DNA of 64,000 nucleotides from contig OZ241986.1 of assembly GCA_965204375.1 (NCBI GenBank), positions 5,344,001 to 5,408,000 on the forward strand, in the 5' to 3' direction. Below the pieces are notes generated by a model. It did not search any database. It saw only the letters and a list, made by a program, of their open reading frames with translations, and was not told where the DNA came from. Position numbers and translations under genes: made by a program. Within the stretch, counting starts at the first letter, position 1. Each line of letters opens with the position of its first letter. Source of the stretch: Candidatus Latescibacterota bacterium (lineage in GTDB: Bacteria > Latescibacterota > UBA2968). Below are positions 56,124 through 64,000 of the stretch, in pieces.

Positions 56124-58763
56124 ATGAACTTAAAACAATACCAGACTGATACGCTGTCTATTCTGCGCCGCTTTTTTGAGGAGGCGCGGATGGCTGGGCC
56201 GAAGAATGCGTATGAGTCTATTACGCAAGAGCCAGAGCAGGCAATGCGGCTTGGGGGCTATGCTGGTGCTTATGTGCCGTTAAAAGAATTGTTTGATGTT
56301 CCCTACGTCTGTTTGCGCCTGCCCACGGGTGGGGGTAAGACGATTCTCGCTGCTCATGCCGTATCTGTCGCCCGCAATGCGTGGATTGAGAAGGATTATC
56401 CCGTGGTGCTCTGGCTGGTGCCGACGAATACCATTCGCCAGCAGACGGTTGAGGCACTGAAAACTTCTCGTCATGCGTATCGGCAGGTGTTGGATGAGGC
56501 TTTTGATGGTCGGGTGCGGGTGTTCGATATTGCGGATTTTACGCATATTCGACCGCACGATATCCGAGATCATTGCTGTATTGTGGTCGGTACGATTCAA
56601 ACGCTGAGGGTGAAGAGTACCGAGGGGCGCAAGGTTTATGCCCACAACGAGGAGATGGAACCGCATTTCTCCAATGTTCAGGACACGGCTCCTGGGTTGG
56701 AGAAGTCGGAACAGGGTGGTGTCAAATTTTCTTTTGCCAACTTGCTGCATATCCACCGTCCACTGATGATTGTGGATGAGGCGCATAACGCGGTAACAGG
56801 CTTGACCCGGGAGATGCAGGCGCGGGTGAATCCGTGCGCGATTGTCGAGTTCACAGCCACGCCGCAACGCAGGTCAAATATTTTGCACAGTGTCACGGCG
56901 CAGGAATTGAAGCGCGAAGAGATGATCAAGTTGCCTATTATGCTTTCCGAACACGATACATGGCAGAATGCTGTGAACGGTGCTATTGCCGCTTGCGCTT
57001 CACTTGCAGAGACCGCGAGCGACGATGCCGACTATATCCGTCCTCTTGTGTTGTTTCAGGCGCAGCCAAGAAATCAGGAGGTGACGGTTGCGGCACTGAA
57101 AGATCATCTGATGGAAGTGGAACAGATTCCCGAAGACAAGATTGCCATTGCTACTGGGAACCAGCGCGAACTCGATGGTATTGACCTGTTTGACGGCAAT
57201 TGTCCTATCGAGTACATCATCACGGTTGAGGCACTGAAAGAGGGGTGGGACTGCTCATTTGCTTATGTTTTCTGCTCTGTGTCGCGCATTCAAAGTGCGA
57301 AGGATGTGGAGCAACTTCTCGGTCGCGTGCTTCGGATGCCTTATGCCAAACGGCGCGGGGTTGCCGATCTAAACAAGGCGTATGCGTTCTTGTCTGAACC
57401 GTCCTTTGGAGAGGCGGCAAAGGGGCTTACTGATAAACTGGTAGGTATGGGCTTTGAGGAAGACGAGGCCCTCGATAATATCGAGCCAGTTCAGCGTGGG
57501 TTCGACGACCAGGGCGACTTGTTTGGTCCGCGCCAGAAGTCAGAGCCGGTGTTCAGATATACGGCTCAGGCGACGCCGGAAGTTTTGTCTAAGCTCGAAG
57601 AGGCAGGACAAGATGGCTTGCTGGTGCGCGAAACGGCTGAAGGGGATGTTGAGGTCGCGGTTACAGGTTGGATAAATCGGGAGAGTGAGAAGGCGATTTG
57701 TGAGACTTTGCCCGAACCGCAGAGGGACGGGTTTGTTGTTGCTGTTGCGAAATATCGCGACGAGATCAAGGATAGAATATCACCTGCTGAGCAAGGTCAG
57801 AAATTCGAAGTTCCACGTCTGATGTCGGATATCCAGGGTACGCTGGAATTTGCCGATACAGACATCTTTATGGAGTACCACGATTGGTCGTTGCTCAATT
57901 ATTCCCCGAAGATGGACGAAGATGAGTTCATGATCCGCGAGACGGCACGCAGTTTTGAGATTGACATTGAAGGCCAGCGTGTCACCTATCAGTTCGCCAG
58001 TGAAGATGAGCAATTGGCTCTGGATATTGCCGTGGAGGGCTGGACGCCTGAAGCACTCGTCCTGTGGCTCGACCGGCAGGTGCGACAGGTAGATATTCAC
58101 CAGAGCGAACTGCTCAAATGGTTGCGCGAAATGGTCGAACACTTACTCAAGACACGCGGCATTTCCATCTCCGCTCTGATGCGTTGTAAATTTCTGCTTG
58201 CCAATACAATTGCGAAAAAGATCAATGACATTCGTCGGGAGGAACGGGATAGTGTATATCAGCGGTATCTCTTTGCGCCCGGGTCTAAAGTCTCGGTTTC
58301 ATTCGATCATGCCTTCACATTCAAAGATGGGATGTACCGAGATCAACGATGCTATCGCGGGCGCTGGAAGCCGCGCAAGCACTTTTTAGGTCCGGATCGC
58401 GTTCCCATCTTTGACGGTGTCGAGGATGGCGAGGAGATGCAGTGTGCTCAGGTCATCGACAGTCTGGCTGAAGTGGATTACTGGATTCGCAATGTAGCGC
58501 GTCATTCGGAGTCGTTCTATTTGCCAACAGCGACGGACAAATTCTATCCGGACTTTGTCACACAGTTGAAGGATGGACGTCTTTTTGTCGTCGAATACAA
58601 GGGCGCGCATATTGCCGAAGGAGCCGATACCACTGAGAAGCGGACTATTGGTGCTCTTTGGGAGCAGGAAAGCGATGGCAAAGGGCTGTTCATCATCGCA
58701 GAGAAGAGTGTCGATGGGAAGGATGTGCGACAGCAATTGATGGAAAAAATTGGTGATGTTTAA
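56124..58763 (+). CDS. res: Type III restriction enzyme Res subunit
   Basis: PTGGGKT, VDEAH, FTATP, LKEGWD, QLLGRVLR; C-terminal FYPDF...EYKG nuclease. Confidence 0.9.
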   Translation: MNLKQYQTDTLSILRRFFEEARMAGPKNAYESITQEPEQAMRLGGYAGAYVPLKELFDVPYVCLRLPTGGGKTILAAHAVSVARNAWIEKDYPVVLWLVPTNTIRQQTVEALKTSRHAYRQVLDEAFDGRVRVFDIADFTHIRPHDIRDHCCIVVGTIQTLRVKSTEGRKVYAHNEEMEPHFSNVQDTAPGLEKSEQGGVKFSFANLLHIHRPLMIVDEAHNAVTGLTREMQARVNPCAIVEFTATPQRRSNILHSVTAQELKREEMIKLPIMLSEHDTWQNAVNGAIAACASLAETASDDADYIRPLVLFQAQPRNQEVTVAALKDHLMEVEQIPEDKIAIATGNQRELDGIDLFDGNCPIEYIITVEALKEGWDCSFAYVFCSVSRIQSAKDVEQLLGRVLRMPYAKRRGVADLNKAYAFLSEPSFGEAAKGLTDKLVGMGFEEDEALDNIEPVQRGFDDQGDLFGPRQKSEPVFRYTAQATPEVLSKLEEAGQDGLLVRETAEGDVEVAVTGWINRESEKAICETLPEPQRDGFVVAVAKYRDEIKDRISPAEQGQKFEVPRLMSDIQGTLEFADTDIFMEYHDWSLLNYSPKMDEDEFMIRETARSFEIDIEGQRVTYQFASEDEQLALDIAVEGWTPEALVLWLDRQVRQVDIHQSELLKWLREMVEHLLKTRGISISALMRCKFLLANTIAKKINDIRREERDSVYQRYLFAPGSKVSVSFDHAFTFKDGMYRDQRCYRGRWKPRKHFLGPDRVPIFDGVEDGEEMQCAQVIDSLAEVDYWIRNVARHSESFYLPTATDKFYPDFVTQLKDGRLFVVEYKGAHIAEGADTTEKRTIGALWEQESDGKGLFIIAEKSVDGKDVRQQLMEKIGDV

Positions 58764-58781
58764 ATGAATGGAGGCAATAAC

Positions 58782-59030
58782 ATGGCGGCTACAATTCAAC
58801 TGGCTCCCGAAGCCGAGAAACGAATTGATTCCCTCGTGGCGCGAACAGGGCGCAGCAAGGAGTTCTTTCTTAAGGAGATTATCAAACGCGGTCTTGAGGA
58901 TGTAGAGGACTACTATCTTGCCGCAGAAGTACTGGAACGCGTTAGAGAAGGTACGGAGGCGGTGTACTCAGATGCTGAAGTGAGGCGAGAACTTGACCTT
59001 CCATTAAGCGATCCTAAAGCCATTGGTTAA
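58782..59030 (+). CDS. Ribbon-helix-helix antitoxin (RelB/DUF6290-like), orphan
   Basis: RIDSLVARTGRSK, LEDVEDYYLAAEVLERVREG, EVRRELDL; GGAGG RBS. Confidence 0.8.
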   Translation: MAATIQLAPEAEKRIDSLVARTGRSKEFFLKEIIKRGLEDVEDYYLAAEVLERVREGTEAVYSDAEVRRELDLPLSDPKAIG

Positions 59031-59139
59031 AGCCATCACGCACAGCGCGCTATTCCGTCAACCGCTATCCTTTTTGTCGCATCCAACTTTGAAGGCCACC
59101 ACATGGCGTTTATCCACTTCAGCTATTTGCGCTGTGCAA

Positions 59140-59209
59140 GCCCCCCGCAGGGGCGCCCTTTTTTTGCTTCATTTTTTTGGGCGCGCAAAAAAATGAAGTC
59201 GCCGAAGGC
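59140..59209. repeat. Palindromic element
   Basis: GCCCCCCGCAGGGGC and CTTCATTTTTTTGGGCGCGCAAAAAAATGAAG hairpins, ending GCCGAAGGC. Confidence 0.55.
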
Positions 59210-59283
59210 AGAACAAAGATAAAAAAGGTGGAATTATCACCAACACTTTCGACGAGCAATGCATATCCTCTTAATTCGCATAA

Positions 59284-60309
59284 ATGGAGAAAAATTTGAA
59301 GACAATACTCATTACAGGCGGTGCCGGGTTTATCGGCAGCCATTTTGTGCGATATGTTCTCAATACGTATCGCGATTATCGCGTTATCAATTTGGACAAG
59401 CTGACGTACGCGGGCAATCTGGATAATTTGCTGGATGTTGCGGAGAGTCCCCGATATGAATTTGTGCGAGGGGATATTTGCGATGCCGGGTTGGTCAATG
59501 ATTTGATGCAGCGGGTTGATCTGGTGGTGAATTTTGCTGCGGAGAGCCATGTGGATCGGAGCATTATGGGTGCCGAGGAGTTTATGAAGTCCAATGCGCT
59601 GGGTGTGTACACATTGCTCGCTGCAGCGCGAGATTGCGGTGTTGAGCGGTTTTTGCAGGTGAGTACAGATGAGGTGTATGGGTCTTTGGAAGAGGACGAA
59701 GATCCGTGGACGGAGGATGCACCGATTGCGCCACGCAATCCGTATGCGGTGGCGAAAGCGTCAGGGGATATGATGGCGCGGGCATTTGCCATTACTTATG
59801 GTTTGCCCGTGGTGATTACGCGTGCGTCCAATAATATTGGGGGGTTTCAATATCCCGAGAAGCGCGTACCCATTTATATTACCAATGCGATGGATGATCT
59901 TGCATTGCCCGTGTATGGCGCGGGGACGGCGATTCGCGATCATCTCTATGTGACGGATCACTGCGAGGCGATTGATCTGGTGCTGCACAAGGGCGCGCAA
60001 GGCGAGGCGTATAATGTGGGGGGTGAGAATGAGGCGGATGGTCTTTCTGTTGCGGAAAAGATTCTGGAGTGTTTGGAGAAGCCAAGAAATTTGATGCAGC
60101 ATGTGGCTGATCGACCTGGGCACGATATGCGGTATTCGTTGGATGCATCAAAAATTATGGCACTGGGGTGGCAGCCGAAGTACAATTTTGAAGAGGCATT
60201 GCGTCTGACGGTTGAGTGGTATTTGGGCAATGAAGACTGGTGGCGCAAAATTCGAGATAGTGCGGATTATCGAGAATATTACAGGCGGCAGTACACAGAA
60301 CGCGAATGA
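59284..60309 (+). CDS. rfbB: dTDP-glucose 4,6-dehydratase
   Basis: TGGAGFIGS, DKLTYAGN, AAESHVDRS, STDEVYG, YAVAK, DRPGHDMRY. Confidence 0.93.
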   Translation: MEKNLKTILITGGAGFIGSHFVRYVLNTYRDYRVINLDKLTYAGNLDNLLDVAESPRYEFVRGDICDAGLVNDLMQRVDLVVNFAAESHVDRSIMGAEEFMKSNALGVYTLLAAARDCGVERFLQVSTDEVYGSLEEDEDPWTEDAPIAPRNPYAVAKASGDMMARAFAITYGLPVVITRASNNIGGFQYPEKRVPIYITNAMDDLALPVYGAGTAIRDHLYVTDHCEAIDLVLHKGAQGEAYNVGGENEADGLSVAEKILECLEKPRNLMQHVADRPGHDMRYSLDASKIMALGWQPKYNFEEALRLTVEWYLGNEDWWRKIRDSADYREYYRRQYTERE

Positions 60310-60384
60310 AGCGGATGAAAAACCATAAAGATGTGAATCCTTCAAATGGATAAGTGATACAAATCTTTCATCTGACCACCCCTC

Positions 60385-60466
60385 CATGGTTCAAAATGTA
60401 CCCTTTCGCCTTTCATCTGTGCCCATCTGCGTCCATCTGCGGATTTAAATTCAGGTTGTGAACAAG
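60385..60466 (-). repeat. Right copy of ~82-bp inverted repeat
   Basis: Reverse complement of 55949-56055 without the nested hairpin. Confidence 0.85.
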
Positions 60467-60523
60467 GGCATAATACGGGTATTTGATGCTGTCCATACAA
60501 TTTGTCGCGCCATGCTGCGACAT

Positions 60524-60539
60524 TGGCATGATATTTGCT
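60524..60539 (+). promoter_or_regulatory. Sigma54-like -24/-12 promoter
   Basis: TGGCAT-GATAT-TTGCT. Confidence 0.5.
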
Positions 60540-60679
60540 TTGGATTCTGACAGTTGCGTGTGTTCCAAATCAAGAAGGGTCTCATGGATCTCATCTGTGA
60601 ATCATTGGAGACTTGACGCGACGTGTGAAATCAAATAGATTTGGATATGTTTGGGTCACTGGCAGAAAAGGGATTGCAC

Positions 60680-60940
60680 ATGGCTGTTGAAACCATTGAA
60701 GGCATTGCCCAAAAGCAAGCCAAACAAGAGGGGCAATTTGACCAGTTCAGCAAACGCTTTGAGGACGCTCAAATGATGCTGGTTCAGGCAATCAACGGCC
60801 TGCGCGAAGACAACAAGTTTTTGCTCTCGCGTGTTGACGCAGTGGATAGCAAAATCGGCGAGGTCAACCGCTGGCGTTGGGCAACAACGATTGCGGCGGT
60901 TATTGCAGCGTGTGCGCTCTATCGTGTTTTTTTTCCGTGA
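60680..60940 (+). CDS. Small coiled-coil protein with C-terminal TM helix
   Basis: Same architecture as 24182-24430; AAGGGA RBS. Confidence 0.6.
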   Translation: MAVETIEGIAQKQAKQEGQFDQFSKRFEDAQMMLVQAINGLREDNKFLLSRVDAVDSKIGEVNRWRWATTIAAVIAACALYRVFFP

Positions 60941-60962
60941 CTCAAAGGAGGGCAGGAATCTC

Positions 60963-61145
60963 ATGCTTGTTCCAATTGAAAAATATCGCAGAAAACGCTA
61001 CGAAGAAGGTCGGCAAGAAGGTCGGCAAGAGGGATATCAGGAAGTATTTGCGACAATTCAAGAGAAATATCCGAATATTGACCTGGCGGTCATCCGTGCT
61101 GCACTAAAAGAGAAAAATGGGAATGCAATAGACGATCACAAATAA
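60963..61145 (+). CDS. Stand-alone Rpn C-terminal-like (RpnS-like) small protein
   Basis: AAAGGAGGGC RBS; RYEEGRQEGRQEGYQE repeat typical of Rpn C-termini. Confidence 0.55.
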   Translation: MLVPIEKYRRKRYEEGRQEGRQEGYQEVFATIQEKYPNIDLAVIRAALKEKNGNAIDDHK

Positions 61146-61271
61146 ACGACATTTTGACAATGGGGAATTAGAGCAGAGGAGCAGCGCGCGCCATTGAATA
61201 TCTTTTGAAGATTCGCTTTGATATCTACAATTCGGAGTGTCTGAACGATTGTGTACAGAATGGGAAATATT

Positions 61272-61313
61272 AAAAAACGCCCCGGCGATATTTGTCGGGG
61301 CACTTTTTATTTT
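61272..61313. terminator. Probable bidirectional terminator
   Basis: AAAAAACGCCCCGGCGATATTTGTCGGGGCACTTTTT. Confidence 0.65.
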
Positions 61314-61325
61314 CAACGACTTTTT

Positions 61326-61361
61326 AATCCGCGTCATCCGTTAATCCGCGTCATCCGCGAT
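61326..61361 (-). repeat. 17-nt tandem repeat overlapping the uvrA stop
   Basis: ATCGCGGATGACGCGGATTAACGGATGACGCGGATT. Confidence 0.7.
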
Positions 61362-64000
61362 ACTCTTTGAGGAAGCGGCCCGTGTGGGAAGATGGATTTT
61401 GGGCGATGGTTTCTGGGGTGCCGGTTGCGACGATGTTGCCGCCGTGTTCGCCTGCGTCGGGTCCGAGATCAATGACCCAGTCTGCGCGTTTGACGACGTC
61501 GAGGTTGTGCTCTATGACGAGGACGGTGTTGCCGCGGTCAACGAGGCGGTCGAGGACTTCGATGAGGACGCGGATGTCGTCGAAGTGCAATCCCGTGGTG
61601 GGTTCGTCGAGGAGGTAAAGCGTTTTGCCCGTGGCGGTTCGCGCCAGTTCGGTTGCGAGTTTGACGCGCTGTGCCTCGCCGCCAGAGAGGGATGTGGCCG
61701 GTTGACCGAGGCGGAGATAACCCAGGCCCACGTCGGCGAGGGATTTGAGTTGTCGCTGTGCCGCCGGGATGTTGCGGAAGAAGGTGCGGGCACGATTTAC
61801 AGTGAGGTTTAAGACGTCGGCAATTGAACTGCCTTTGTACCGGATTTCGAGGGTTTCTCTGTTGTATCGGCTGCCACCGCATACGTCGCAGATGACGAAG
61901 ACATCGGGGAGGAAGTGCATTTCGATGCGGCGCACGCCATCGCCCTGGCAGGCTTCGCAGCGCCCGCCTTTGATGTTGAAGCTGAAGCGCCCGGCGCCGT
62001 AACCGCGAACTCTGGATTCGGGCAATTGGGCGTAGAGTTCGCGTATTGCTGTGAAGAGGCCCGTGTATGTGGCGGCATTTGATCGCGGGGTGCGCCCGAT
62101 TGGGGATTGGTCTATGCGTATGACTTTGTCGATTTGGTCAATGCCTTCGATAGATGTGTGGGGTAAGGGTTCTGTGCTGGCGCGGTGGAGTTGCCGGGCG
62201 AGCGCGGGATACAGGGTGTGATTGATGAGCGAGCTTTTGCCCGAGCCAGATACGCCGGTGACGCATACAAAGATCCCCAGTGGGATATCGATATTGACGT
62301 TTTGCAAGTTGTGTCCGCTGGCGCCCCTGATTGAGAGATGCCCGCGGGGGTGGCGAATGTCGGGGGGGAGAGGGATGGATTTTCGACCGGCGAGATAATT
62401 GCCGGTGAGAGAATTTTCGTCTGCGATTACGGTTTCTGGCGGTCCCTGTGAGATAATTTTGCCGCCGTGTTCACCCGCGCCCGGTCCCAGGTCGATGAGA
62501 TGGTCGGCCATTTGAATGGCTTCGCGGTCGTGTTCGACCACGATGACCGAGTTGCCCAAGTCGCGCAGGTTGCAGAAGGTGTCGATGAGTTTGCGATTGT
62601 CGCGGGGGTGCAGGCCAATGCTGGGTTCGTCGAGTACGTAGAGTACACCGACGAGGCGAGTTCCGATTTGTGTGGCGAGGCGAATGCGCTGAAATTCACC
62701 TCCTGAAAGTGTTGCGGCTCTGCGGTTGAGTGCGAGGTACCCCACGCCGACATCGACGAGAAATGCGAGGCGGTTTTCGATTTCGCGTATGAGGGGGGCA
62801 GCGATTTCAGCCGCGTTGTTTTTGAGGTTGAGCGTTTGGAAGAATTGCCTGATTTTTTCTATGGGCATGCTGGCAATGTCGGCAATTGTAGAATTGGAAA
62901 TTGTGACGGCAAGAGCTTCTGGCCGCAAGCACGCACCCTGGCAGGCAGGGCAGGTTTGCCCGCGCATAAAACGCTCGATTTTTTCCCGCGCTTCGTCGGA
63001 TGTAGCCGTTTTGTATTGGTGCTGGAGGTCGGGTATGACGCCTGTTTTTCCTCTGAGGATTGCTCTTTGGACGGTTTTGGAAAGTTTGGAAAAGGGCGTT
63101 GAGGGATCAAAGGAGAGATTGCGCGATAGGCGTTGAAGTTGTTCTACCTGGCGTTTGCCTTTGGGGATACCCCAGGGGGCAATCGCGCCTTCGAGGATGG
63201 ATTTTGACGGATCGGGCACGACGAGGTCGGGATCGACTTCAAAAACAGTGCCCATACCGCTGCAAGTGGGGCAAGCGCCGTGCGGGCTGTTGAATGTGAA
63301 GAGGCGCGGTTCTATTTCTTCGATTTCAAAGTGGCCTTCTGTGCAGGCATAGCGCGTGGAAAAGGTCCATTCCTCGTCGTCGATAATGTCGAGTGTGGCT
63401 GTGCCGTTGGCAAGGTCGAGGGCTGTTTCGAGTGAGTCTGCGAGGCGCGCGGCCATGTTTTCGCGCACAATGAGGCGGTCGATGACGGCTTCGATGTTGT
63501 GCGCTGTTTTTTTATCGAGAACGATATCGCTGTCCAGTGACATAACCTCGCCATTGACGCGCACCCTGAGATAGCCTTCCTTGCGTAACTGGTTAAAAAT
63601 ACTCAGGTGGGTGCCCTTGGCATTTCGGATCAGGGGCGCGAGGATTTGAAGGCGTTGTCTTTCGGGCAGTGCGAGCACGCGATCGACAATTTGCGCGGTG
63701 GTCTGGCGCACAATAGGCTGGCTGCATATCGGACAATGCGGCATACCTATTCTGGCGAATAAGAGACGCAAGTAGTCATAGACTTCGGTTATGGTGCCCA
63801 CTGTTGATCGCGGTGTGCGGGGGATGCCGCGTTGTTGAATTGCCACAGCAGGCGAGAGACCTTCTATGCTGTCGGCATCGGGTTTGTCCATGAGATCGAG
63901 AAATTGCCGCGCATAAGCGGATAGCGATTCCACATAACGGCGTTGTCCTTCGGCGTAGATGGTGTCGAAGGCCAGCGATGATTTGCCCGACCCCGAGGGT
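61351..64000 (-). CDS. uvrA: Excinuclease ABC subunit A (5' end outside window)
   Basis: SGSGKSSLAFDTIYAEGQRRYVESLSAYARQF, Zn fingers, LSGGE twice, second Walker A GVSGSGKS. Confidence 0.97.
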   Translation of the reverse strand, partial: PSGSGKSSLAFDTIYAEGQRRYVESLSAYARQFLDLMDKPDADSIEGLSPAVAIQQRGIPRTPRSTVGTITEVYDYLRLLFARIGMPHCPICSQPIVRQTTAQIVDRVLALPERQRLQILAPLIRNAKGTHLSIFNQLRKEGYLRVRVNGEVMSLDSDIVLDKKTAHNIEAVIDRLIVRENMAARLADSLETALDLANGTATLDIIDDEEWTFSTRYACTEGHFEIEEIEPRLFTFNSPHGACPTCSGMGTVFEVDPDLVVPDPSKSILEGAIAPWGIPKGKRQVEQLQRLSRNLSFDPSTPFSKLSKTVQRAILRGKTGVIPDLQHQYKTATSDEAREKIERFMRGQTCPACQGACLRPEALAVTISNSTIADIASMPIEKIRQFFQTLNLKNNAAEIAAPLIREIENRLAFLVDVGVGYLALNRRAATLSGGEFQRIRLATQIGTRLVGVLYVLDEPSIGLHPRDNRKLIDTFCNLRDLGNSVIVVEHDREAIQMADHLIDLGPGAGEHGGKIISQGPPETVIADENSLTGNYLAGRKSIPLPPDIRHPRGHLSIRGASGHNLQNVNIDIPLGIFVCVTGVSGSGKSSLINHTLYPALARQLHRASTEPLPHTSIEGIDQIDKVIRIDQSPIGRTPRSNAATYTGLFTAIRELYAQLPESRVRGYGAGRFSFNIKGGRCEACQGDGVRRIEMHFLPDVFVICDVCGGSRYNRETLEIRYKGSSIADVLNLTVNRARTFFRNIPAAQRQLKSLADVGLGYLRLGQPATSLSGGEAQRVKLATELARTATGKTLYLLDEPTTGLHFDDIRVLIEVLDRLVDRGNTVLVIEHNLDVVKRADWVIDLGPDAGEHGGNIVATGTPETIAQNPSSHTGRFLKEYRG

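Overview
Chromosomal window from a diderm bacterium (it encodes Lnt, TatC and an outer-membrane beta-barrel). Housekeeping and metabolic genes: hen1-pnkp RNA repair; a YtrA/GntR ABC operon led by an S41 peptidase; a sulfatase-AKR-Ldh cluster; ftsY-iscS-mrp-moeB; bioF-trmJ; uvrA; rfbB. Interleaved with these are toxin-antitoxin remnants, a split Type III R-M locus and many small palindromic or tandem repeats. Main highlights: (1) an 11-subunit complex I operon lacking nuoEFG but headed by a xanthine-dehydrogenase-family molybdoenzyme large subunit; (2) an in-frame Lnt-TatC fusion; (3) a rhodanese-MoeB gene with UGA at a conserved Cys and a SECIS-like hairpin, probably a selenoprotein; (4) intergenic repeat modules that nest inside each other and form chains of stop/start-overlapping micro-ORFs, one of which duplicates the start of nuoD; (5) an Rpn gene with an internal RBS plus an orphan RpnS-like ORF, arranged in mirror image around an ~82-bp inverted repeat pair; (6) an ABC-ATPase plus small nuclease candidate defence pair. 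I saw no rRNA, tRNA, CRISPR array or intact transposase. All calls come from reading motifs by eye; no database search was run.
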